DNA from: Ylistrum balloti
Taxonomy: Eukaryota
NCBI RefSeq assembly: GCF_031769215.1
Contig: NW_026782592.1
Coordinates: 496,001-560,000 of the forward strand
Length of the DNA stretch: 64,000 bases
Direction: 5' to 3'
The notes under the pieces were generated by a model. The model had not been told where the DNA came from and made no database searches. It saw only the letters and a list, made by a program, of their open reading frames with translations. This document shows positions 38,501 through 49,121 of this stretch, one piece after another. The translations under genes were made by a program, and so were the position numbers. How positions within the stretch are numbered: position 1 is the first letter of the stretch; each line of letters begins with the position of its first letter.

Positions 38501-41500
38501 CTCCTGCCCATTTAGCGGTACGTGTAAAGCGCTAGCTTTCCCTTGAGGCCTCTTGAACATAAGTGTACAAAAATGTAATGTCTGGTCTGATCAGTTAGAA
38601 GTAAAGGACAATCAGTGATTGTCTGCTTTATTTGTCCAAACAAAATAAGCTTATGTCCTTTTTTTTCATAAAAAGACTGCTAGAAAAAAAACAAGTATTC
38701 ACATCATTTAAACTTGTAATTTTTCTCTCTATGATTACAATCTGATGGGATTCAAATATATAAAAATAATTAATCAGCAAATTTAATTGATATTTTTCTT
38801 TCTTTATAGGCTTACAATGGTCACAACGAAGCCCTCCATGTTTTACTTGGTTGTATTATGAACCTAGATATACGGGATCACAATGGTATGTTTATCATGT
38901 CAAAAGTCAATCTTTACACAAAGTTCATTGGGAATTGTTCTATAACCAGTATCGCACACGTACCTTCACTTGAAATCATAACAGATTTGGTGGTATCATT
39001 ATCATCCAGTGATACTCTGTGTACAGACTTGCTTTACATGAGTGACCATATAGAGGTTATTTAAAGAAATTGGTTGGTTTGACCTAAAATATCAGGAAAA
39101 TTATGTTAAAGCAGACTCATAAAACACAGCAGAAGCTAGATACATAGATGTAGGAATATTGGTTGTGTTCTACTTGTGCACTTTTCCCAGATCACTGGAA
39201 AAGAAGTGTGTTGACAGAAATATGGGTCTATTGACATCATACTGATTGCTTTAGTTGTGTGCTGTTTATAAGTATTGTATAGGATCAGAGAGACAGGACA
39301 TTCTTTTTTTTAACAAACAAACATTAAAAAGTATGTTATCATTCTCTTTGGGCGCTGTGGTCAGCTGGTTAAGGCATCTGACCGGTTTTATCACAACCCC
39401 TCCTCCTCTCCGGGCTGGAGACCTATGTAGGGCAGTCACCAAGTACTTGCCACTGGTCTGTGATTTTCTCCAGGAACTCTTTCCTCTACCACCAAATCCT
39501 GACAGGTCCTTAAATGACCTTGTTTGTTAATAGGATGTAAAACAAAACATTATTATTATTCTAATTAAGGCTACTTATTATTATTGTAAACATTGAAGAG
39601 ATATTGAAATTTATGGTCTGATTAAAAAATGGGAAAAGTTAGAAAATAAAAATTTAAAAAAAAAACAGGAAAAATAATTCCTATAATTTTGCACAGTCCA
39701 TACAGACAGCATGGGAGGAAGTCTCAACAAAATGTATATTAGACATTCTCATTGTACAACTTTTATGCTTTACAGGACGTACAATGCTGGACCTGGCTTG
39801 TTACCAGGGTCGTCATGAATGTGTGGAAACACTGTTATTACAAGGGGCTACTATACTGGTCCAGGACAACATCAACCGTCGCACGCCTCTCCATGCCGCA
39901 GGTATGTATAACTCTCATAAGACACACCCCTCCACACTGAAGGTAGGTTTTGTTTTCCTAGATCCTCTGCCAAAGACATAGAATTCTGGAATCATGATTT
40001 TATAGGATATCAATTCAAGAGGTACAATGTCTTGAGCAATGAACAGGAAGAAAATAAGATAGAACAGATATTATTCTGTAAGGTAAAACCTCATTATACC
40101 CTCATAATTTTACTGGCAGTGGAAACTGAAATGTATAATTAGGTAGTGTTATATATAAGGTGAAATTAATGATTAGGGATAGTGTAAAATGAAAACATCT
40201 GATGAAGGAAACAGCATTACAGTTGAGATTTTATTGAATAATCAAGGATGAAAAGTACATTTTAATTGTTGGAGTAGTTGTATATATAAATATATATATA
40301 TTTTTTTTTTTTTACCTTTGCAGCATGTAATGGCCACACAGAATGTCTACGACTGCTTATGGAAACGGCCGAAGACAACAATATAGTAGATTGTATAGAC
40401 TCAAATGAGAGGTATAGTCAACTTCAATATCAAATTGATTGTAATCTCTTTACTAATATCAAGGTCACTTTGCCCTTTATATAGGGCATTGGAATGGTTC
40501 CTGCTGCCCAGTTGCATGATCATAAAAGGAAACTGAATTTGGATTTTTCCTCTTCTTCTAAACAACACTTTCCCTAGTGTCTCCCTTGACACTTTTGGCC
40601 TTTAGTTTGGCCTTGTTACCTTTATGGAAGGCTCTGGTCCTGTCCTTTGGCCTTGATATACCAGGGTCTCAAAAGATAAGTGTTTGGATGATACTCAGCA
40701 TTTCAAGGGTAGGACAACTGATTCACCTGTTTTCAATATGATGTGAACAGATGAGGTTTTTTGCTGGTGGCCCTCAGCAGTATAATTCAGTGTGATAGCA
40801 CTATAAAATTGGCTTCAGTCCTGCACTGTCTCAAGAAGGCTTACATGAACATATCACAGTCTCACACTACATGTGTTGAGTAAGTGTGTTTCATACAATC
40901 AACATATGCAGTCACCTCACCTAGAGAGGTCATGCTTAAAAGACTCTGGCTGGTTGTAGGAATTTAAACAATTCACTTAAACAATATGAAACGAAATCAT
41001 TTAAGTCTATTCAGTGAATTTTTTTTATGTTATCAAAGCATGTACTTGACTTGTCGTGTCACTTATTCCAGTGCGATGAAAGGGATTTCTTAAGCTTTAT
41101 TTGTGTAAATACATTAATACAACAATGAAGTGTATTGATTTGTTGCTTGATCAATTAAAAAAAACAATCAACATGTAACAGAAGTGTAAATGTTTCACTT
41201 TTATACATGTGATATACCTACAATGTGTCTGACTTGTACCAGTATGTGATAAACCTACAATGTGTCTGACTTGTACCAGTATGTGATATACCTACAATGT
41301 GTCTGACTTGTACCAGTATGTGATATACCTACAATGTGTCTGACTTGTACCAGTATGTGATATACCTACAATGTACCTGACTTGTACCAGTATGTGATAT
41401 ACCTACAATGTACCTGACTTGTACCAGTATGTGATATACCTGTATCTGACTTGTACATGTACCAGTATGTGACAGTATGTGATATACCTACAATGTACCT

Positions 41501-44500
41501 GACTTGTACCAGTATGTGATATACCTACAATGTACCTGACTTGTACCAGTATGTGATATACCTACAATGTACTTGACTTGTACCAGTATGTGATATACCT
41601 ACAATGTACCTGACTTGTACCAGTATGTGATATACCTACAATGTACCTGACTTGTACCAGTATGTGATATACCTACAATGTACCTGACTGTGATATACCT
41701 ACCAGTATGTGATATACCTGTATCTTGACTTGTACAATGTACAGTAGTGTGTGATATACCTACAATGTACCTGACTTGTACCAGTATGTGATGACTTGTA
41801 CCAGTATGTGATATACCTACAATGTACCTGACTTGTACCAGTATGTGATATACCTGTATCTGACTTGTTTTCCTCACACAGAACTCCACTGATGATGGCT
41901 GTAGCCAATGGCCATGTGGATACAGTTTTATACCTCATAGCTAATGGTGCCTTTGTTAATAGTAAAGATAATCAGGGTCGCACAGCTCTACACAGAGGAG
42001 TAAGTACACATTTATTCTTAATGATTTTACTGACTTTGTAACAAAGCCATTGGACATAGATATCAAAAACTGTCGAACTGATGGAAATAAATGATCATCT
42101 GCCATATTTTCATAGCGGTTTCAGAGTTTTTATATTTTTTTCTTTCGTGATTGTCAAAATTTTTGTTACTAATACCATGGAGAGATTGATGGATGTAAAT
42201 TTGTGTTTTACAGGCTGCTAACGGCCATGGTGAATGTGTGGATGCGTTACTCCACAACGGAGCTGATATCTCCATACAAGACCAGTGTGGCAGAACGGCT
42301 TTACATCTTGCTGCCGCATGTGGCCAAGTGGGGCAGCTTGGGTCACTCATGTTGGTCAGTATACAGAGAGGAATATTTAACTATTATTGAAGGCCAGTTT
42401 TTCAAACTATTATTTACGTAAGCGTGGTTGAGAACCTGTAAGGCTGAAATGGGTACAACATTTACTGGCCAAATACAAGAATGTAAATGTGTTTGAAGGT
42501 CAGTACATCATAAAACTGATTCATAGACATTACCCTATATTGGATTTATGCTATTTCTGTTTATAACTTTAATATCAGAAGTAGTAAAAGCAATTGTAGA
42601 TATCTATATATTTATGTTTGTTAGATATTATATCTTCACAATATTATCTGGTAGGATGATACCTGGTAGAATGTTATGTTATGTACCAGTTACTGACAAC
42701 TAGTTGTCTCCCTTAGATGGGACCAGTAGACCAGTTAGAAGATGCCAAATCATTTACTCCTCTCCACTTGGCTTGTTATAATGGTAAGTATGTTGACCTA
42801 CTCTAAATTCTGTCCTTTTCATAGCACTCACACCAGAACAAAACATTCCATGGGTTGAGCATTGTTGTCAGTTTATTACACGCCATTTATCGTCATAGAT
42901 TATTGACTGAAATGTTTTGTTCAGGGAGGAAAAAAATTTAAAGTAGCATCAAGTGACAGAATACAGAGTATATCGTGTAAATCTCTCCTATCATCAATTA
43001 CTTTACTAGTGTACTGTTAGCTAGTAATAGATATTGTGTATTGCCATCTTCTCTCATATATTGTTCCTGTGTTTCAGGCCATGACAGCTGTGTGGAAGTA
43101 TTGTTAGAAGATGAAATTCATAAAAAAATTTCAGGGAATCCATTTTCCCCTTTACATTGTGCTGTGTAAGTCTACAGAGTTTCCTTCATTCCTGTGTATT
43201 CTTCTTTTGAAAAGAAATTGATGACACTGTTTGATATTGTACATGATTTGAGAAGCAATACTTTAAAATAGTTCTGTTTTTTTACGATTGTGCTGCACAC
43301 ACTAGTTCAATGTCATGATGATTAACTAAGTGGTAGTATCGTATCACAGGTATGAAATTCTTTGTATTTTTACTGAAATCCGTTTCTGTTTCTGTTTACA
43401 GGATAAATGGAAATGATACTTGTACTGAATTGTTAATTGATACCTTAGGAAACTCTATAGTAAATTTAGAAGATTCAAAGGGCAGGTAAGTTGTGGGCTT
43501 TATTCCTCAACTGTCAGGACTTAGTTGTGGGTTGGAGTCCTGTACCATTTGTTGTGACTTGGCTTTGGGTTTTAGCCCTGTACCATCTGTTGGGACTAAG
43601 TTTTGGGCTATAGTTCTGTATCATCTGCACTGATTTTGTACAGTATCTATCTGCAGTACCTTACAATGGGTGTAGGATGTCAACATATGATCCATCCAAG
43701 TAAGGGGATTGCACTTATTGCAAACAATGATTAGCATTTGTGAGCTTTGTGCTGCACTACATTGCACTGCAGTTACATTTCCATTAATTGAGTACCTAAT
43801 ACATTATGTGTAACTGAAAATTTGGAATCAATTGTTTAAAGTAGTCTGTTTAAATTTTCAGTTAAACTTGTTTTCAGTCCCATAAATCTCCATAATGTGT
43901 AGTACATTCCCCACCTGATTCTCTGTGTTGAAGTTATGAAACATGTGCAGAAACATTTTCCACAACTTTACATGGGATTGAAGTTGCTGTTAAACATGTC
44001 ATTACAGGACCCCACAACATGCAGCAGCATTCAGTGACCAGTGCGAGTCTATGCAACTCCTCCTCACCCATGGCGCCAACGTTAACCACTGTGATAGTAC
44101 GGGCAGGTGTCCAGTCATGCTTGCCGCCTACAATGGCCATATAGGAGCTGTAGGTAAGGTCAAGATTTCTGACAGGTGTAGGCAAGGTCAAGATCTCTGA
44201 CAGGTGTAGGCAAGGTCAAGATCTCTGACAGAAGTTGATAAGTGTGCTGTATTTTAGTGGTAGTGTTCTCCGAGACACATCTTGTTAAACATTTATCAGA
44301 ATTTTCAAGAATGGACCTAAGGGGACTTGTATCATACCGTAGTAAACCAGATGATTACATCAATGTCTCAGATGGTTAGGAACTTTGCTGGTAGTTCTTG
44401 ATATTGATGTAGTGATTGGTAGCTTTTATTTATTTTGTTTATAATGAACCCAGAATAATTCAAGGAATATTTCTGAATATTTCAGAATTTACCATTCTAG

Positions 44501-47500
44501 TGTTAAGTTCATCCCTCTCTATCAGGATGACAGATAGTCTTCCTCCTTCAACTATTATTACTTACCATTTGTAAACGTTTCTTGTTTATGATATCTCAAA
44601 TTCCAGAGACACATGTATATTATCATGTTCACTTTAACTCTATTTTGATTTATTTGCCTCGTTAAATTTTTCAGATTTATTGTTAGAAAATGGAGCAGAT
44701 CTAAATTATTGTGACAAAGACAAAAACACAGCTTTACACTTTGCTTGTATGAATGTAAGTATATTGCTTGTTTGACACTTTTAAATGTTATTTTTCTAGT
44801 TTGGTTCTTTGTCAAGAAGGCAAATTTAACAAGGGTTGCAAAAGTGATAGAGGTGTATTAACTTTTAAATGATCAGTGGGCAAATTACTGTGAAGTTATT
44901 GTTTTTACATAAATCTAATTTTTGTGATTTTTGAGATTGTATTTCAACCACGAAATATAGGTCCAGTGTATGTTTAGTACAATGCAGATAACTTTTTGTT
45001 GTATTAATGGATTTTAAGCTTCATCCACATATTTTCTGGGAGCCATCCAAGTGAAGTGAGGATATTAAAAATTTAACGGTTTTATTAAAAACTGTAAAAA
45101 TTTTCACTAAATAATGAAGGAATGAAGTTGTTGGACAAGAAGGAACCACACAGCTAGTTTTGTTGTAATACTAATGTATTTCTGCACATCAAAAGCATGC
45201 AAAATCAATGAAATTTTCAAATTTGCTTAAATCGCAAAAATTTAAGCCAATGAGAAAAACAGCTTGTGCAGTTAAATGATAAAAATTTAAAACTATCAAT
45301 ATGGTTTCAAGGATATCTGATTATGAAAAGCGTCTTCATATTACTGCTAGACTTGTCATGTGTCTGATGAAAATAGTATTTCAGTGATACAGAAATGTTA
45401 TGTTCAAAGAGAATAATACATTTAGGACATTCCTTTTTATGTTATAACAACTATTTTCTTCATAGAAGACATATCGTCTAATATATTTACTGGATAAAGT
45501 GCTCCATGTATTTACACACTGAGAATTTATTACATAATTCCAGCATTATCATAAACATTTTATAGTAAGTGAATAAACTCCTGTAATATGACCTTATATG
45601 GTATCATTCAGTAATTATAGAATTTCCTACACTTACAGATTATGTTATGTTGTTGAACTATAAACAGTTTTTAAAAAAACGCAATGCGTCTTCAGAAGTG
45701 ACATGAAGAAAATTCTCTCTGATCCAATGGTTTGGATTTCATACAAACACTTAAAAAGTATTTATATTACCTGAGATTTGCTTACTAAAAGAAAAAAATT
45801 TATAGACCAATGAATTGAAATTCATGATATATACTATTAATGTAAATGTAATAATTTATATACATATATATATATAACATGTAAATGTAAAGGTTGTGAA
45901 ATAGATTTTGTTTGTTCCAGGGTCATGAGAGTGTATCCTTACTACTACTGGATAAGATAACAGATTATACAACCATAAATATGGCCAATAATGAATTAAA
46001 AACGTAAGTGTTTTATTTACCTACAACATTAATTTGTATCGTTTATTATATTCCATTGACCACTGTTGTCCATAGGTCAAGAACAATTAGATCGACTTGT
46101 TTAATAATCCGTGACAAATCCTTATGAAACAGAGGTCATCATTTCAATCCCTCTGCTAGAATTCAAACCCAGGACCTCTTAGGCTTAGCCGATCAAGCCG
46201 AATAGGAGATCCATCTCTCTGTTAAGCAGTATGATGCAGCTAGTATTTTACCACAGTTACATTTAAGTAAAATTAGCTATGGTAATAATAGAAGAATATT
46301 TTTAAAAAATGAAATCATTCTGTTTTCCTACCATCATTCAACTTTATTTATTGGTTTGTAATATCGTTGGATGAAACTTTTATAGGAACTGTCTTTATAA
46401 AATGATAGTCAGTGATCAAAAGTTTTTGACAGCAGTTGAAGCGAGTGAATTACTAATTGTTGATAATGACTGATCATTAGTAACCTATTAAGATGTTATG
46501 TTTTAGCCCTCTACACATAGCAGCCAAGTACGGCCTTGTCCCTGTTGTGCACAGTCTCATAGAGAAGGGTGCAAGTGTTTTCTGCCTGGATGAAAACGGT
46601 AAGTTCACAGACTTCAATCTATCCTTTCTTCCTCCATCATAGATCTGTTGAAAACACCTGGATCATATGAGCAGGACTTTCTTTCTATGAATTACGTCAT
46701 CTACAAATGTCCATGGAGATAATTAATTGAGAATGTTGCTCTTTACTCTTTGAATGTTGAATGCTGCTTACTTTTGATTTATGTTTATAGTCATGATTAC
46801 AAAACAGAAAATGTTTTGCCTTTCTATATTAATATTGTGTCAACAGTATCATGTTTCATGTCTTCTGTTATGCTTTTAACAGTCTCTTGATTTTTTTTTG
46901 TATCATGTACAGCATGTCAGAGTAATCTCCCCTTTCATTTCTGATTCTTTGATCTTGTATTTATCACTAGACTAGAACTGGATAATTGTTTTACACAACT
47001 TGGTAAGATTTATGTACAATTATGACAGACAGGTGCCCTTCAGGATGTTTTTATTTATGTTGTTTTATTACGGTGACTTTCAAACAAGTATTTTAAAATA
47101 TTCTGTAATGGAAGGTAGCTTTGTGCTATGAAGACATTACATATTTATGTGAATAAAATATTTCTATTTGATATTCACAGTCCTGTCCTCTAAATACACA
47201 AACACAGAACACAGTTCTAAGCCTGCATGAGTGGTACAGAGAGGGAAACTTTGTTGGATGATAGTGATATTACTGTAAATATATCCTGGTGTCCTGTCTA
47301 TGTTACAACCTTGTATCTCCTTGGTTATGTATGGGCAGAAAACTCTGACATGCTGTAGTGACGTCTGTATTGCTATGTCTATCCTGCGTCTTCCTTACAG
47401 GCCACTCTCCTGCCCTGGCATGTGCCCCAAACAACAGGGTGGCTGACTGTCTAACTATCATCCTAGCACACATGATTCCTCAAACCCCAAACAGTACAAT

Positions 47501-49121
47501 ACAGCGTTCCAAGCTTGACACCACACCCTCAGGATTTGGTGAGTTGGGCAAGGGTCATCCATTAAAACAGCTCTTAGAACACAACTAATTACATAGAAAC
47601 AGACCACATCAAAAGAACATAATAAACCAACAACATTTTTAGGTCATCTGACTGAAGGGTCTGATGACATATTGCGATCGCCTTTTGTCCGGCGGCATCC
47701 GTCATACACATTTTCAGCTTCTTCTCAAGTTCTACATGTCTCATTGAGCTGAAACTTACCTGAAATTAACGTGACATGATCCTGACCAAAGTTAGGTAAT
47801 TTCGGGTTGGTTATGGCCACCATCTTGAAAACACATTTTCGACTTCTCAAGTTCAAAATTTGAAATCTTGTATTCTATGTCAGATAACCATTAAGGCGAA
47901 TGGGCCTCTTGTTGAACTTTAGGTCTGTTAAAAAAAAAAGTTATGCTGCACAGATGGGTTTCACCATTCTTTGATATAAGTAGTAATTAACATCTTAAAA
48001 GTTAATATAAACTTTATCTATTTTACAACAATTGCAAAACAAGTTATTTCAACTTATACTAATCACTCTTGTTGGCCTGGATGTAAGTGTATGTTGGGTC
48101 TTATTGTGAGAGGAAAGAGGAGTACCCAGGAAAACTCACTTGGTCAGGCAGATGACCGTTTACCTTTTCATGTCCGCTCTGGGAATCAAACCCCAGCCAA
48201 CTTGAGGAAAGGGCGAGTGTGTTACCAGCGTGCCACCCAACCATATATTGACATGGCATGGTAGAAGGATTTCCTCCACTGGAAAACCACTGAAACTCAA
48301 TTGTCCTTTACAAAGGATCATTTCAGAGGGCATGTAAATTATATGTTTTATGAAAGGGAGTGCACTCTGTAACCGAGGGTATTATTTTGGTAGAGATTAA
48401 GATAATAATGCCATTCTGACTGTACTTTGGTATTTTTATATGAATCAGTAGTTCTTTTTTCTAAAACAATTGATTATACCTAGCTATAACCGATTATGGA
48501 ATGGAGGATAATTCATTACAATAAGACACTTGTGATTTTAACTTTGGTGTCGGCCCAGGAGATCTAACTATGATAACATGGGAGTTTAATATACTCTTCT
48601 GAACAGAAAAACCAGTGGTCACATTATGGATGATACTGTGTATGTATCCATGGAAATCAGACTTTAAAATGAAAGTTCAATTCCGTATCACCAGGAACAT
48701 AACAGTGAAAATCATTTGTGGGTATAAGTATTCAGATTGATTGGTTTGTAGATTCACATCTGTTTCTTATTGTCATTTCATTAGTGCCTTTTTCTACTTG
48801 CTTCAGAATGATGTAATGTTTACAGTCAAAACTTTGATAGTTCTTGTCATGTCTCTAATTCTCCTATATCTCAAGTCTTGTATAGGAAAAACTTGAAATA
48901 CAATATGCATATATCAATTTGAAATTCTGTTATTTAAGAAATATAAGATTGGAGACATCCAAGATTTGACGAGGGCCTTTTATCAGGTGGTAACTTTTAC
49001 AGGTGCGACCCGTACTTTGGAGACCCCAGACAACACTGGAATAGGAAGTCCAGGAGGCAGCGTCCAGGATGTCAAAGAACACTCGGGCTCGTACCAAAGT
49101 TCCGATTCAGAATTTTATTGA
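23530..49121 (+). CDS. ANKRD28: Serine/threonine-protein phosphatase 6 regulatory ankyrin repeat subunit (ANKRD28/44/52 homologue), complete 28-exon gene, 1033 aa
   Basis: Hand-assembled join: 23530-23571, 25168-25251, 25627-25776, 26957-27157, 27490-27642, 28809-29012, 29414-29500, 32269-32347, 35007-35121, 36372-36524, 36818-36886, 37348-37488, 37920-38031, 38452-38517, 38810-38885, 39776-39901, 40324-40411, 41882-41999, 42214-42354, 42717-42783, 43078-43165, 43402-43485, 44008-44153, 44675-44754, 45921-46003, 46507-46598, 47401-47538, 49003-49121. Total 3102 nt, open frame, all GT-AG. The translation is colinear with human ANKRD28 as I recall it ([75 protein letters not shown]-terminal SDSEFY vs SDSETY). 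Which vertebrate paralogue name applies cannot be resolved here; it is probably the single pre-duplication orthologue. Confidence 0.95.
25168..25251 (+). CDS. ANKRD28: ANKRD28-like exon 2 ([28 protein letters not shown])
   Basis: tttag| ... |gtcagt, phase 0/0. Confidence 0.95.
25627..25776 (+). CDS. ANKRD28: ANKRD28-like exon 3 ([15 protein letters not shown]...[10 protein letters not shown])
   Basis: ctgcag| ... |gtaagt, phase 0/0. Confidence 0.95.
26957..27157 (+). CDS. ANKRD28: ANKRD28-like exon 4 ([25 protein letters not shown]...NGHKE)
   Basis: tttcag| ... |gtaaac, phase 0/0. Confidence 0.95.
27490..27642 (+). CDS. ANKRD28: ANKRD28-like exon 5 (MTKLLLEKG...NCRDKQ)
   Basis: gacaag| ... 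|gtgtgc, phase 0/0. Confidence 0.93.
27691..27900 (-). mobile_element. tRNA-derived SINE with V-domain-like core, intron 5
   Basis: The reverse complement has tggtaacacactcgcc, a B-box GGTTCGATAC and gggttttcc..actc..tactcccaca. Clearly homologous to 48021-48242. Confidence 0.75.
28809..29012 (+). CDS. ANKRD28: ANKRD28-like exon 6 ([12 protein letters not shown]...NNRGM)
   Basis: ttttag| ... |gtaagg, phase 0/0. Confidence 0.95.
29414..29500 (+). CDS. ANKRD28: ANKRD28-like exon 7 ([29 protein letters not shown])
   Basis: ttgtag| ... |gtatgt, phase 0/0. Confidence 0.94.
32269..32347 (+). CDS. ANKRD28: ANKRD28-like exon 8 ([26 protein letters not shown])
   Basis: ttgcag| ... |gtgagg, phase 0/1. 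Confidence 0.94.
35007..35121 (+). CDS. ANKRD28: ANKRD28-like exon 9 ([24 protein letters not shown]...)
   Basis: tttcag| ... |gtatag, phase 1/2. Confidence 0.94.
36372..36524 (+). CDS. ANKRD28: ANKRD28-like exon 10 ([16 protein letters not shown]...[15 protein letters not shown])
   Basis: ttacag| ... |gtgagt, phase 2/2. Confidence 0.94.
36818..36886 (+). CDS. ANKRD28: ANKRD28-like exon 11 ([23 protein letters not shown])
   Basis: ttgcag| ... |gtatgt, phase 2/2. Confidence 0.92.
37348..37488 (+). CDS. ANKRD28: ANKRD28-like exon 12 ([15 protein letters not shown]...[11 protein letters not shown])
   Basis: ttgtag| ... |gtaggt, phase 2/2. Confidence 0.94.
37920..38031 (+). CDS. ANKRD28: ANKRD28-like exon 13 ([16 protein letters not shown]...GHKLALEM)
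   Basis: ttacag| ... |gtgaga, phase 2/0. Confidence 0.94.
38452..38517 (+). CDS. ANKRD28: ANKRD28-like exon 14 ([22 protein letters not shown])
   Basis: ttatag| ... |gtacgt, phase 0/0. Confidence 0.88.
38810..38885 (+). CDS. ANKRD28: ANKRD28-like exon 15 ([25 protein letters not shown])
   Basis: ttatag| ... |gtatgt, phase 0/1. Confidence 0.93.
39350..39560 (+). mobile_element. tRNA-derived SINE, intron 15
   Basis: A-box-like head ggcgctgtggtcagctggttaagg, central gattttctccaggaactc..ttcctc block, and tail ccttaaatgacc..gttaataggatgtaaaacaaaaca. Resembles a SINE I recall from scallop genomes. Confidence 0.7.
39776..39901 (+). CDS. ANKRD28: ANKRD28-like exon 16 ([12 protein letters not shown]...RRTPLHAA)
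   Basis: ttacag| ... |gtatgt, phase 1/1. Confidence 0.94.
40324..40411 (+). CDS. ANKRD28: ANKRD28-like exon 17 ([30 protein letters not shown])
   Basis: ttgcag| ... |gtatag, phase 1/2. Confidence 0.94.
41207..41868. repeat. 37-bp minisatellite, about 17 copies with irregular units, at the 3' end of intron 17
   Basis: Unit atgtgatatacctacaatgtacctgacttgtaccagt. Confidence 0.97.
41882..41999 (+). CDS. ANKRD28: ANKRD28-like exon 18 ([15 protein letters not shown]...GRTALHRG)
   Basis: cacacag| ... |gtaagt, phase 2/0. Confidence 0.94.
42214..42354 (+). CDS. ANKRD28: ANKRD28-like exon 19 ([16 protein letters not shown]...LGSLML)
   Basis: ttacag| ... |gtcagt, phase 0/0. Confidence 0.94.
42717..42783 (+). 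CDS. ANKRD28: ANKRD28-like exon 20 ([22 protein letters not shown])
   Basis: ccttag| ... |gtaagt, phase 0/1. Confidence 0.92.
43078..43165 (+). CDS. ANKRD28: ANKRD28-like exon 21 ([12 protein letters not shown]...[11 protein letters not shown])
   Basis: tttcag| ... |gtaagt, phase 1/2. Confidence 0.94.
43402..43485 (+). CDS. ANKRD28: ANKRD28-like exon 22 ([28 protein letters not shown])
   Basis: ttacag| ... |gtaagt, phase 2/2. Confidence 0.94.
44008..44153 (+). CDS. ANKRD28: ANKRD28-like exon 23 ([19 protein letters not shown]...NGHIGAV)
   Basis: ttacag| ... |gtaagg, phase 2/1. Confidence 0.93.
44150..44231. repeat. 28-bp tandem repeat x3 spanning the exon 23 donor
   Basis: Units start at 44150, 44178 and 44206: gtagg(t/c)aaggtcaagat(t/c)tctgacaggt. 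Confidence 0.93.
44675..44754 (+). CDS. ANKRD28: ANKRD28-like exon 24 ([27 protein letters not shown])
   Basis: tttcag| ... |gtaagt, phase 1/0. Confidence 0.94.
44886..45272. mobile_element. Degenerate MITE of the same type, in intron 24
   Basis: Left end tactgtgaagttattgttttt..aatttttgtgattt vs reverse complement of right end aactgcacaagctgttttt..aaatttttgcgattt. Confidence 0.35.
45921..46003 (+). CDS. ANKRD28: ANKRD28-like exon 25 ([28 protein letters not shown])
   Basis: ttccag| ... |gtaagt, phase 0/2. Confidence 0.94.
46148..46261 (-). mobile_element. Second copy of the tRNA-like repeat, intron 25
   Basis: Shares tgtaac(c/t)gtg..aaatactagc and the degenerate B-box gggtttgaattc with 20302-20400. 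Confidence 0.5.
46507..46598 (+). CDS. ANKRD28: ANKRD28-like exon 26 ([14 protein letters not shown]...CLDEN)
   Basis: ttttag| ... |gtaagt, phase 2/1. Confidence 0.94.
47401..47538 (+). CDS. ANKRD28: ANKRD28-like exon 27 ([25 protein letters not shown]...)
   Basis: ttacag| ... |gtgagt, phase 1/1. Confidence 0.93.
47636..47913 (+). mobile_element. Non-autonomous Helentron/HINE-like element, intron 27
   Basis: TTTTTAGGTCA start with a GTCATCTGAC/GTCTGATGAC hairpin. Ends in an AGGC..GCCT hairpin plus CTTGTT. I recall this architecture from common bivalve repeats. Confidence 0.6.
48021..48242 (-). mobile_element. Second copy of the same SINE, intron 27
   Basis: The reverse complement has gctggtaacacactcgcc, ggtttgattccc and gagttttcctgggtactcctctttcctctcaca, plus the shared tail ttgttttgcaattgtt. 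Confidence 0.75.
49003..49121 (+). CDS. ANKRD28: ANKRD28-like terminal coding exon 28 (GATRTLETP...SSDSEFY*)
   Basis: tttacag| phase 1. Ends with TGA at 49119-49121. The acidic SDSEFY tail matches the SDSETY-type C-terminus of the family. Confidence 0.85.

Noticed and set aside
41599-41938. Minus-strand ORFs of 79-96 aa
   Set aside because: Read-through of the intronic 37-bp minisatellite.
48987-49002. Alternative acceptor tatcag| 16 nt upstream of exon 28
   Set aside because: It changes the frame and loses the conserved SDSEFY C-terminus; no evidence of use.
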